From Octopus bimaculoides (Eukaryota), in NCBI RefSeq assembly GCF_001194135.2, contig NC_068988.1, positions 69,721,073 to 69,779,463 on the forward strand: a stretch of DNA of 58,391 bases. The letters are read 5' to 3'. The notes beneath the pieces were generated by a model. That model did not search any database and had not been told where the DNA came from. It was given only the letters and a program-made list of their open reading frames with translations. The position numbers and the translations under genes are program-made. Below, piece by piece: positions 26,625 through 38,157 of this stretch; the stretch's first letter is position 1; each line of letters opens with the position of its first letter.

Positions 26625-26811
26625 CAATATGCGATTCTTGATTAGTCTCAGGGCTCATGATATACTCAGTCACATACAATTAATCGTACACATAACCTGA
26701 ATATCTTTTTGCTGGTACTTTGGGACTCACATATGTATTCCTCTATTTTACTCTTTGACCCAACCCGGTGCCTTACCATTTAAGTGCCTGGTTCACTTGA
26801 ATCTCTTACAG

Positions 26812-26877
26812 TGTGATGTTTCTTTTGTAGTTCAGTATATATATATATATATACTGAACTACAAAAGAAACGTCACA
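26812..26877. repeat. Short palindrome: 25-bp arms around (TA)n
   Basis: TGTGATGTTTCTTTTGTAGTTCAGT vs ACTGAACTACAAAAGAAACGTCACA, one mismatch. Confidence 0.9.
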
Positions 26878-29347
26878 TGGTAAAAGATTATTTGTTTTAC
26901 ACATGATATTGAGATTACATGGACTTCATCACATTTCTAGGTAATTTGACATCAGGAAGATGTCACTGACCCACAACACCACTCTCTTTTGAAAACACAA
27001 GGATTGCATGTACAGTTCAAACTTACTTACTTTTCATGAACATAATAATGCTCACAAATGCATCTTTATGAAAAGCATGATTCACATGCAAGATGTTGAC
27101 TCATTGGGAATAAATGGCAACCAAATTTACCAGCCTGTCGTTCATTCCCCGAACACAGCAAGCATGCCAAGACTGACATGAAATCAGACATGGAAAAAGA
27201 ATATGGCAGTCTGTGTGCATCTGCCATACATATACCAACACTGTGTTGTTATTACCAATCTGCAAGTAGGTAAATTTTCTCCAGTATTAGATACTAAAGT
27301 GTTCATATATGATAGAGGTCTGAACAGATTAAAGTTTTAATCTTCTAGGTTTGGTTGATGAGAAACTAATGATATTTGCTTCCTTCTTTTCAAAAAATTT
27401 GCTTAATAAGATTTTAAAATAATTCCAGGTATGGTCATTGATAGCAAAGTATTTTTTCAACAAATATCAATAAATCTTAATAGTTCCTAGTTATTAGAAT
27501 ATGAAACACATTGTGCAACACAATTGTGTACAACCAGATATTTCTTGTAAAGTCATTTCTGGTAGAGTAGTTCTGACTTAAATGTTTCAATCAACATCAA
27601 CACAAGCAATGAAACCTCACACAGGTTAGCTCAGATTACCCAATCAAATAAACTGATGGGTTTTATTTTCCCAAGTGGACATTTGGTAACCAGAAATGTT
27701 CTTTTCAATCAATTTAATTCACTACCTTTGATTTCCTTCATTGTGACCAATCTAACAATTGAGGATATTGTTTTTTGTCTCTGCAGAGTATAATAAAAAC
27801 TCAAAGCCATGAACAGTGTTTATAAAAGAAAGATTTTGTAATTGGAAAAAAAGCTGCTAATATACTGAAAGTGCTGCTTCCTAGATATAATAATGCTTGA
27901 GAATTGTTGGATAAGAAAACATATACAAACAAATAGTAACAACACAATAAAAACTATCCAGTGCTTCCACTTTCTTTACCAACAAGGAATAACCATGCTT
28001 GCATGGTTATTCCTTGACGAATCATCAAATTTATATAATCTAGTAGGATTGAGAGAAAAAGAGGATTCTGATCTTCTTGCGTGGTTCAACAAAACAGCAA
28101 ATGGCAATCAGAGATTTATAAAATTTTCCAACTTTGACTGTATTTCCTTGAACATCAGTTAATGCTGAATGCGCATTTTCACTTGCAAAACATTAAAAAG
28201 AACATGTCTTCAGTCACGAATGACACAAGAGAGATTATATTCTTTCGTTATACTCTCATATCACAAAAGAAATTAGACCAACAAACCTGACTGCAGCTGC
28301 TGTGGAATATATTTACTGATATGAGAATAGACAAATGAATTTGTTAATTTCTACTTGGTTTAATAAAGCTGACAAATTACAAGTGATCTTACAATCTTGA
28401 AATTTCCTCATAGTGTAGATATTTATTACATGTATTTTACCTCAATATCACAAAAGAATATAAATATTTACCTCTATAATCACAAAAGAATAAAGGATAC
28501 AACACAAGAAAATCCTGAAATTTTTCATGCCTGTAGTTAAAGTTGTGTCATTGATATTAATTTTCATTTAAAATGTAAATTTAAAAGCATAGATCTAATA
28601 AATGTTTTAACCATTTTCATTGGTTAACCTTTAATTTTTATTATTCCCCCACCTCCATAACACAGCTCCACCATGCCTGATATATATAAATCTAAGTGCA
28701 TGTGTATTTCTCAGTATGTGTGTGAGCATGAATGTAAATATACCATTACAAATATCCCAACACAACCACTTCCTCTACCACAACTACTACCACCACAACC
28801 CCCATCACCATTACTTCTCCCTGTATACACATGTACCGAGAGTAGTCACCCATAATCAATGTATTATACCACTGAAACATCTGTCACAAAGTAAGAAGTA
28901 AATCAAAATGCAATGCTTATAATTTAATATCAATGACACTGCTTTGACAATTTAATCCTACATTGTCTGGCTGATATAAAGTCCTTGTCTGGCTATCAGT
29001 CACTTGAAATCTCCATGGTGAACAAACTATTTCCTCCTAACACTGCTACTTCATAACTAAACCATACCAAACATTAGAAGTACCTCAACAAACAATATTG
29101 TATCAATGATAAATGCTTTTTAAGGATATATGACAGATAAATATTATATACAACACAATTCTTATGTAAGTTTGTATTAGAGTTTAAAAGTAGCTTGTAA
29201 AATTATCATGGCTGATGTTTCATTTTGTTATCAAGAAAGTGAAAATACTGAAGTCATATAGGCATAATAAATTGAAAGTAAAATAATGTTTAGAAGTATT
29301 TGACTAAATTCAGCAATGAAATAAAACTGGAAGAATGTCTTTTTCTT

Positions 29348-29583
29348 CAGTTCTATATTTCAGAGATGAGGAATTATGTACATTATTTGACGGATATTTG
29401 TCTTCATCTTGTTTGTTGTTAACACAACATTTTGACTGATATACCCTCCAGCCTTCATCAGGTGTCTTGGGGAAATTTCAAACCTAAGGTATTTTTCGAT
29501 GTTATTATTATTATTCAGGTCAATGCTTGGAATCGAACTCAGAATCTCGGGGTTAGTAGCCTGCACTCTTAACCACTACACCA
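29348..29583 (-). mobile_element. tRNA-headed SINE-like element (family D) with degenerate hammerhead motif
   Basis: A box TGGTGTAGTGG, B box GAGTTCGATTCCA; reverse complement of 29421-29466 reads GACAC-CTGATGA-A-GGCTG..CAGTC-AAAA-TGTT-GTGTT. Confidence 0.8.
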
Positions 29584-29584
29584 C

Positions 29585-29847
29585 AGGCATATGGCGTAGT
29601 GATTAAGAGCGCGGGCTACTAACCCCAAGATTCTGAGTTTTGATTCCAAGCAGTGACCTGAATAAGAATAACAACAACAACCACAATGATAATAATAATG
29701 ACAACATAAAAAAATACCTTAGGAATGAGATCCCAAGTTCGAAATTTTCCCAAGACACCTGATGAAGGCTGGAGGGTAATTCAGCTGAAGCGTTGTGTTA
29801 ACAACAAACAAGATGAGGACAAATATCCTTCAAATGTAAATAATGTA
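29585..29847 (+). mobile_element. tRNA-headed SINE-like element (family D), inverted partner, with hammerhead motif
   Basis: A-box-like TGGCGTAGTGA; 29754-29799 reads GACAC-CTGATGA-A-GGCTG..CAGCT-GAAG-CGTT-GTGTT. Confidence 0.8.
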
Positions 29848-32434
29848 TCTTTTTCTTGACCAAAAAAATTATGCTAGATGTTATATTCGTATAATATAAT
29901 GAAGATTGAAAGTGCAATTAACTTTCTTGTATTGCCGGGGTTAATTTATATTATAGTGGTATGCTGTAATGAAGCAATATTATTGGTGATTTGCCACACA
30001 TATTGAGATGGAAATGCTTAGAAGTGTTGTGTATGCAGACATTCTTCTCATATCCCATTGCCACACCTTGTATTAGTGGGCATCAGTTGTCTGCAAACAC
30101 TATGTTGCTATGGAGCAGGTCAGTGTCAGCAGATAAACAATATTTAACTGGTATAATTATTTTAAAGGTGAATGTGCTAAGTGATATATCAACCATTCCA
30201 TACAGATTGGTGAAAACAGTTCACATAGTTTAACTGTCTTCAACAGTATTATCCTGTTTAATTCTTATATTTCACGAAACCCTTAAAGCATCTCCTTGTA
30301 AAGCCTCAGTTCAAGGCTCTGGGTAGTAAGAAATAACAGGGCCTGTTGTATTCCTCTCACAATACGGTTCAACCCCGACAGTCATTCAAAACAGCCACGA
30401 AACAGGGACCTCAGACGAACTATTTTGAAATATGGGACTTCAGACGAACAACAAACGAATCTAACAGTCCATATAACAGGGCCACACTATCAGCCAACAA
30501 TGTCATGTGGTTTATGTTCTGGAAGTTTATATAACTGTGGTGCCAAGCAGTGTCAGCACCAGCTTTCTCTTGGATAACAATAAAGGCAGGAAAACAGAAA
30601 ACTTACAAAGATGAGCAATTACTGATCTTCCATGAAAAACTTTGCTTAGGCTTTTGCTAAGAAGAACTTTCCAGGTGCTAAAATATTGGCCAACCACAGC
30701 AGACAGGGTCTTTAATAAATTACACAATAAAGCACAAAAATGACGGAAACAACACAATATTTAATGCAACAAAAACTGGAATATTTCCCTGGAGGAATGC
30801 TTCAAATACTTAGTGCAACACATTTGGGGAAAAAATTGCTATTTATTTGAATATTAAGAAAAAATGCTGCAGCTGTTTATTGATTTGTTAGAACATGTTG
30901 TAATGGTAAAATATAAAGAAGTAATAATCAGGTGAATCAAGTGAAAGTAAACAGCAGCAGTGTTGTTTGCCAGGTTGCTTATAGTTTGGCTCACCAATAA
31001 TCTACAGTTACTGTATCTAGTAATGAATTTCACCCACATAGGTGATACATTAGAAAGTAATTGCAAGAAATTACTAAGAAATATAGTCAGGTTGTTGGTT
31101 TGTGACAGATAAATTGCTACGAGGATATTCTTACATAACACATGAACATAATATTTCAATTTATAAAGATAGTTTATCAAATATTTTGTATGATAGGATT
31201 TAACTTTTACACACACATGCACACACACACAAACACTATAATTATAATTTATTTATTATGCACCAGAAGAAAAGTACTCATTACAAGGCCTAAAGTATAA
31301 TTATATTTATTCAGCTGGTGCCTTCAGTTATTACTTTCAGTTTCACAAATATTTAATCAATTGGATAACTATTATGTTTGATAATAAAAAAAAATACCTT
31401 TCTCTAAAATGGTGCTAAAACTGACCAAGTGAATCACACTGAATGAACAGCAATTCCCAACTGATAAAGGATGGTGCCTTCTCTTCACTCAATGACATAA
31501 CTTAATGTTTGACAACAATTTTAGCATTTTTTGTGAGAATTTTCAATTTCTCTTGTGTCACAGTGTTCATGAAGAAGTGGGGAGTGCATTTGATTTTTTT
31601 TAATAAGCCAGTATATTGTTTTAAGTTTCAATTTGGTTTTATACATCAGCTGTCCCACCACATCATGGTGTGTTGGTTTAGCTAGTTTGTAGTTTAAAAT
31701 TCATTGTTTCTGGCATATGCTTGAAGCATATGCTTCCTGGAGACAGGAAGAGTTTAAATTTTTCAGTGGCACATACTTGGAATATTTTGGTTGAAAATAT
31801 ATAAATCCATGTTATCCTGGATAAAAGCTGACTAAAGAAGAATTTTGATTGAAAATTTTTGTTATATGTGTGCAATAACTTTCTTCATAGCAGCCACAGT
31901 TTTCATAATATTTTCTTTGATATAGGAAACTAGAGGGGCTACAATATTTTAGATGTGGCCACGTAAGCATTAGATAGATGACAAATGTATGTGTGTGTGT
32001 TTGTGTGTGTGTGTATATATATATCAATATATTATAAATTAACTACCAACAAAAATAATTGGTAAGCTAACTCAAAAAACCATCACCAAAATAGCAGAGA
32101 TTTAATCAAAAGATTAAATGTGGTACTTAAAATGTTTGAGGCACCAGAATTTGGTAGGGTGAAAACCAAAAACAAAAATCAAGAGATTTGGTGAATAAAA
32201 TTTGAAGAAGAGCAACAAAAATTCAATTTTTTCTTCTCTTACTCTTGTTTTTTGCACACATCTACAAAATTGACTTTCTAAAATGAAATTCCATTATGCA
32301 GCTGAGGAGTACATTTTCATTGCACATTTTATGTAGTGTTCTCACNNNNNNNNNNNNNNNNACTACATGAATAAATGAAGTTTGTACGAAACGTACGTAC
32401 TGCTATAACCTATTGAATTTTTGTTGCTTTTCTT

Positions 32435-32472
<38 letters not shown>

Positions 32473-33124
32473 CTTTGTGAGTGGATTCAGCAGAGAGAAA
32501 CTGAAAGAAGCTTGTCATTCTCCCATGTACACAACATACACATAAATGTGCATATCTGTGTGTGTGTGTGTGTGTGCGTGACTAAAACGATTGCAGCATT
32601 GAAGACACATGTTAGCCACTCAGAAACTGCTAACATCACTTAAGCATTTATTGTTTGTAATATAGTGTCAAAATTTTCATTGCTTGAAACTGTAACCTAG
32701 TCACTGGCAATGTAACACTGTGTCTCAAAGTAGTTGAAGAAAAGTTGGAAGTTCTTGTGTGATTTTGAATGCCTAACATATGGCTTCTGTGCTGCAATCA
32801 TTTTTGCTTTTGATACAGTCTCAGATGAAAACATCTGCCTAGCAAGTATATCCCTGGAATAAATGCATGCATCCATCTATAATACATACATACATACATA
32901 CATATATACATACATCACATATTTGGCCTGGGAGAGTATTTATGAAAAGTATGATGAAGGAATTTAGGAAAAGTACTTTGAAGCCACAATTATCAGCATT
33001 GTTGAATAACTGCCTAATCATCAGATGAATGAACTGAAGAAGCCTTTTATACACGATCATAGTGATTTTTGACTGAAACTTGGATTTACCATGCAGAGAG
33101 TTACTACAAATTATATGGCTGGAT

Positions 33125-33275
33125 GGGTACATACATAAAACAAAACATACAAACATACATTTAACAATACACTGTTGATGTTGTTGAAATTCCAATAAAG
33201 GAGCCTTGGGTCACGGTTACAAACCAGCTCTTTCTCTATTGGCAAGAAATCTTGAAATAAAATTGAATGATGACA
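33125..33275 (+). repeat. Dispersed repeat of unknown class, second copy at 46105-46305
   Basis: Shared CTGTTGATGTT(GTT)GAAATTCCAA..AAGGAGCCTTGG..GGTTA.AAACCA..TCTTTCTCTATTGGCAA.AAATCTTGAAATAA. Confidence 0.8.
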
Positions 33276-33357
33276 TACATGTGTGTGTGTGTGTGTAGAC
33301 ACACAACTCATACATATAATTATGAAGTAAATTTCATGTTAAAACCAATTGTACTCA

Positions 33358-34660
33358 GTATTCCTCCAGGCAATCACAGAGGAGTTCAAGACAGGTTGCC
33401 CCGGGGAGCTCCTCTATGCTGATGACCTTGCCCTGATTGCGGAGTCACTATCAGAACTAGAGGAGAAGTTTCAGGTGTGGAAGCAAGGTCTAGAATTGAA
33501 TGGCCTTAGAGTCAACCTAGCTAAAACCAAAATCCTAATAAGTAGGAAGGTNNNNNNNNNNNNNNNNNNNNNNNNNNNNNNNNNNNNNNNNNNNNNNNNN
33601 NNNNNNNNNNNNNNNNNNNNNNNNNNNNNNNNNNNNNNNNNNNNNNNNNNNNNNNNNNNNNNNNNNNNNNNNNNNNNNNNNNNNNNNNNNNNNNNNNNNN
33701 NNNNNNNNNNNNNNNNNNNNNNNNNNNNNNNNNNNNNNNNNNNNNNNNNNNNNNNNNNNNNNNNNNNNNNNNNNNNNNNNNNNNNNNNNNNNNNNNNNNN
33801 NNNNNNNNNNNNNNNNNNNNNNNNNNNNNNNNNNNNNNNNNNNNNNNNNNNNNNNNNNNNNNNNNNNNNNNNNNNNNNNNNNNNNNNNNNNNNNNNNNNN
33901 NNNNNNNNNNNNNNNNNNNNNNNNNNNNNNNNNNNNNNNNNNNNNNNNNNNNNNNNNNNNNNNNNNNNNNNNNNNNNNNNNNNNNNNNNNNNNNNNNNNN
34001 NNNNNNNNNNNNNNNNNNNNNNNNNNNNNNNNNNNNNNNNNNNNNNNNNNNNNNNNNNNNNNNNNNNNNNNNNNNNNNNNNNNNNNNNNNNNNNNNNNNN
34101 NNNNNNNNNNNNNNNNNNNNNNNNNNNNNNNNNNNNNNNNNNNNNNNNNNNNNNNNNNNNNNNNNNNNNNNNNNNNNNNNNNNNNNNNNNNNNNNNNNNN
34201 NNNNNNNNNNNNNNNNNNNNNNNNNNNNNNNNNNNNNNNNNNNNNNNNNNNNNNNNNNNNNNNNNNNNNNNNNNNNNNNNNNNNNNNNNNNNNNNNNNNN
34301 NNNNNNNNNNNNNNNNNNNNNNNNNNNNNNNNNNNNNNNNNNNNNNNNNNNNNNNNNNNNNNNNNNNNNNNNNNNNNNNNNNNNNNNNNNNNNNNNNNNN
34401 NNNCCCTTGACTGGCTTGTGCGGGTGGCACATAAAAGACACCATTTCGAGCGTGGCCGTTTTCGTGCGGGTGACACGTAAAAGCACCCACTACACTCTCT
34501 GAGTGGTTGGCGTTAGGAAGGGCATCCAGCTGTAGAAACTCTGCCAAATTAGACTGGAGCCTGGTGTTGCCATCCGGTTTCACCAGTCCTCAGTCAAATC
34601 GTCCAACCCATGCTAGCATGGAAAGCGGACGTTAAACGATGATGATGATGATGATGATAA
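33358..34660 (+). mobile_element. RTE LINE copy (RT core, N gap, 3' UTR, (GAT)n tail)
   Basis: LQAITEEFKTGCPGELLYADDLALIAES..GLRVNLAKTKILISRK (YADD). After the gap the sequence matches the 3' UTR of the 17246 copy. Confidence 0.92.
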
Positions 34661-34899
34661 TAAGAGTTAATTTATGTTTTATATGATTACAGAAACATGT
34701 CTGCTCTTGTTTAGAAAAAGATTTCAGGGATACTCAAGGTATTTGAGAGTTGAGTCATATCATATTGCCACTCAGCAGAGTGATTTGTTTAGGTACACAA
34801 AATAAATGGTATTATTGTTTGTGCTTTAAGCATTCTAAGAAATAAGCAAAAATGTATATAACACACACACACATGGTGATGCTTCATCTTGACAGAGGA

Positions 34900-35510
34900 T
34901 AGCTGTCCCATCAACACACATATCACACCCCATCACACACCACGATCGTTCCATTGATGAGCCCTTAGATGACTTTTAAGACCAGCTGCTGACTGACAGG
35001 GTTTAAAACACAAGTGACAGATATTATTCAAGTTTCTTCTATATCTTTGCCATTTGGAATCTGATTCTGAAAGAATGTTATATGGAAACTAGCATATGTC
35101 TTTTAAGTCCAGATATTGTCTTACAAGATTTTTGACATAAGACACAAGTTGTAAGAGGCAGTTGCTGTCCAAGATCATTACCTATCTGGGCATTACAATT
35201 TTCATGTGACTTCATATGATTCATAAATCCTGCTTTTGACAACAAAACATGTTATTAGAATGAAAGACAAGAATATGCCAAAGTCACCTTTCATAGTGAG
35301 TTCAACTCTGGTAAGCAACCACAACATAAGCCAAAGAAAGGGTATAAAGACTGTGTGAAGGAAAACCTGAAGAAACTAGATATGAACAAAAGTGATTGGG
35401 AAAATGATGTTCTAGATCGGAACAGGTGGAGAGGTGCTGTTAGAACTGCTTACAATGCCTGAAAGGAAAAGATGATTCAGCACTCTGAACTTAAAAGGGC
35501 CTGTTGCAAA
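34900..35510 (+). mobile_element. RTE-BovB-like LINE 3' coding relic
   Basis: HVIRMKDKNMPK..SEFNSGK..KPKKGYKDCVKENLKKLDM...WENDVLDRNRWR..V..AY...KMIQHSELKR. Confidence 0.8.
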
Positions 35511-35651
35511 GGGACAATTGGAATTGTAATCAACAGTGAACATTGGATATGTATATGTATATATAGAGAGAGAAAGAGAGAGAACGAGGGAGAGTGAGAG
35601 AGAGCGAGAAAGAGAGTGTGTGTTAGGTGTGATGTACAGAAATTGAATATT

Positions 35652-37437
35652 GAGAAAGAAGTCATCAGAGTTTTGGAAAAAAATCTTTTTATTTCTTCCT
35701 TATTAGCGCTTTCGTTCATTTCTTGAACTTGTCAAATAAAATTCTGTGAATGTACGAACAGTTCGTTCATTTATATGAAACAGATGTTTTTTTTTAGGTT
35801 TTGTTTAGAAGAGAACATTGTTTTTGCATTTTAGGGTGAGGTTCCATTGACAATGGAGATGGATAGATTGAAATATAAGTAAGTAGATAAGCGTATCTAC
35901 TTACTTATATAGATATATATACTTACTTATATAGATATCTACTTACTTATATAGATATATATATATATATATATATAGATAGATAGATAGATAGATAGAG
36001 ATAGGTAGATGGATAGATAGATACACAGGTAGAGAAGGAGAGAGAGAAGGGGGACCCCCCCTTCCTATTCACCATTTATTTATTTATTTAGTCATTTGCC
36101 ATTATATTGGAATGGGTTTAAGGATGGTGACTCCTTGAAATAAATAAAAAAATAAAAAAATAACACAGTTGTCATGTGGTCATTACTGATAGTCTTTTTG
36201 CTTCTTTTTTCCTCTTTCTTTCTTTTTCTCCTATTTGAGTTATATTTAGAATACAAAATGTACTGTCTCCCCTTTTCTTTCAAACATTCAATTTTGGAGA
36301 GAATTTTTTGATGAAATGTAGTTCTGCATGAAAAAACATTAGTATAATATTTGCAAATTAAAAATTTTAATAAATAAATAAATAAATAAAATAATATATA
36401 TATATGCATAAAGCTAGAACATCCCAATGCTACATACATATATACCTGAACATTTGTAGAGATGAGCCACATTTGGAATAAAAAATGTAATTCTCTGCCT
36501 TACCTCCAAACATTCAATTTTGTAGAGAATCTCTTCATGAAGTGTGTGTGTGTGTATGTGTGTGCGTGTATGTGTGTGCATGTATGTGTGTGCGTGTATG
36601 TGTGTGCGTGTGTTTAGGAACATGTCCATATTTTTACTGTGTAACTTTGATCACGCCTCTTTCAATTTCCTGTTTTTTTGCATTAGAGAACATTAGTATA
36701 ACACAAACTAGAGGGACACACAAAGCTCAGAACATCTCAATGCCACACATATACATCTGAATATTTACAGAGATGAGCATTTTGTTTCCAATATTTGAGT
36801 TACATTTAGAATACAAAATGTATTGTCTCTGCTTTTCTTTCAAACATTCAATTTTGGAGAGAATTTTTTGATGAAATGTAGTTCCATTGCTTTCCAGTAT
36901 TGCAGATCATCCCATACACATTTGTAAAAGGGGAAAAATTTAAAATTTTCTGTCGCTACATATTTCTACTTGCTTACTTAATGGAATCTTGCATAATTCC
37001 TCTTGTCGGATATGTTGCCTGTAGATTCTTGCATGTTGGCAGAGGTAATTATTTGTTTCGCCAATGTAATTTTCTTTGCAGTTTGGGTAGGTAATGCAGT
37101 ATATGAACTTTTGCGTTTTGCAGTTCATATCTCTGTAAATATTCAGATGTATATATGTGACATTGAGATGTTCTCAGCTTTGCGTGTTTTCCAAGTTTGT
37201 TAGTGTTAATATTAATGTTCTCTAATGCAAAAACATGAGATTGAAAGAGGCGTGATCGAAGTTACACAGTAAAAACATGGACATGTTCCCAAACGCACAC
37301 ACACACACACACACTTCATCAAGATATTCTCTCCAAAATTGAATGTTTGAAGGTAAAGCCCGAGAATTGCATTTTTTATTCCAAATGTTCAGACATATAT
37401 ATATGAATAGCATTGGGATGTTCTAGCGTTACGTGTG

Positions 37438-37477
<40 letters not shown>

Positions 37478-38157
37478 TAATTTTATCGTATTTTATTTAT
37501 TTATTTATTTATTTATCTATTAAAATTTTATATTTGCAAATATTATACTAATGTTTTCTCATGCAGAACTACATTTCATCAAAAAATTTTCTCCAAAATT
37601 GAATGTTTGAAAGAAAAGTGGAGGCAGTACATTTTGTATTCTAAATATAACTCAAAAAGGAGAAAAAGAAAGAAAGAGGAACAAAGATGGAAAGAGGAAG
37701 CAAAAAGACTATCAGTGATGACCACACAGCACCTGTGTTATTTTTTTTTTATTATTTTTTTTTTTAAGATGTCACCATCCTTAAACCCTTTCTGGTACAA
37801 TGGTAAATGACTAAATAAATAAATAAATGGTGAATAGGAAGGGGGATTCCCTTTCTCTCTCTCACCCTCTTGCTACCTGTGTATCTATCAGTCTGACTAT
37901 CTATCTATCTATCTATCTTTCAGCCTATCTACCTACCTATATTTCTATCTATCCATCTCCATTGTCAATGGAATCTCACCCCAAAAAACAAAAACAATAT
38001 CCTCTTCTAAACAAAATCCCCGCAAAACATCTGTTTTATATAAATGAACAAGTTGTTAGTACATTCACAAAATTTTGACAAGTTCGAAAAATGAACGAAA
38101 GCATTAATAATAATGAAGAAATAAAAAGATTTTTGTCTCAAATTCTGACGACTTTCT
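35652..38157. repeat. Large inverted repeat (arms about 35652-36775 and 37125-38157) around a Penelope fragment
   Basis: Block-by-block reverse-complement matches, e.g. 35835-35868 vs 37946-37980, 36230-36350 vs 37540-37660, 36720-36772 vs 37130-37182. The right arm ends at an N gap. Confidence 0.9.
36840..37128 (-). mobile_element. Penelope-like GIY-YIG endonuclease C-terminal fragment
   Basis: NCKTQKFIYCITYPNCKENYIGETNNYL..RIYRQHIR.. then QYWKAMELHFIKKFSPKLNV*. Confidence 0.88.

Larger units (their letters stand above)
26940..30760 (+). pseudogene. Tentative decayed intronless LRR-TM-TIR (Toll-like receptor-like) gene
   Basis: Stop-interrupted frames with several N-x-S/T sites and LRR-like LQVILQS*NFL (28377-28409); hydrophobic IV*LSSTVLSCLILIF near 30230; then VFLS (30348), WDF..WC (30433-30543) and DLP*..LRLLLRRT..YWP......FNKL (30624-30722). 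Weak, needs an HMM test. Confidence 0.35.

Noticed and set aside
28150-28230. Minus-strand CTGAAGA..GAAA with palindrome AATGCGCATT
   Set aside because: Neither stem I nor stem II can form.
29525-29650. tRNA-like sequences (also 41306-41380, 11063, 14758)
   Set aside because: Acceptor stems do not close and each continues into a SINE body; these are SINE heads, not tRNA genes.
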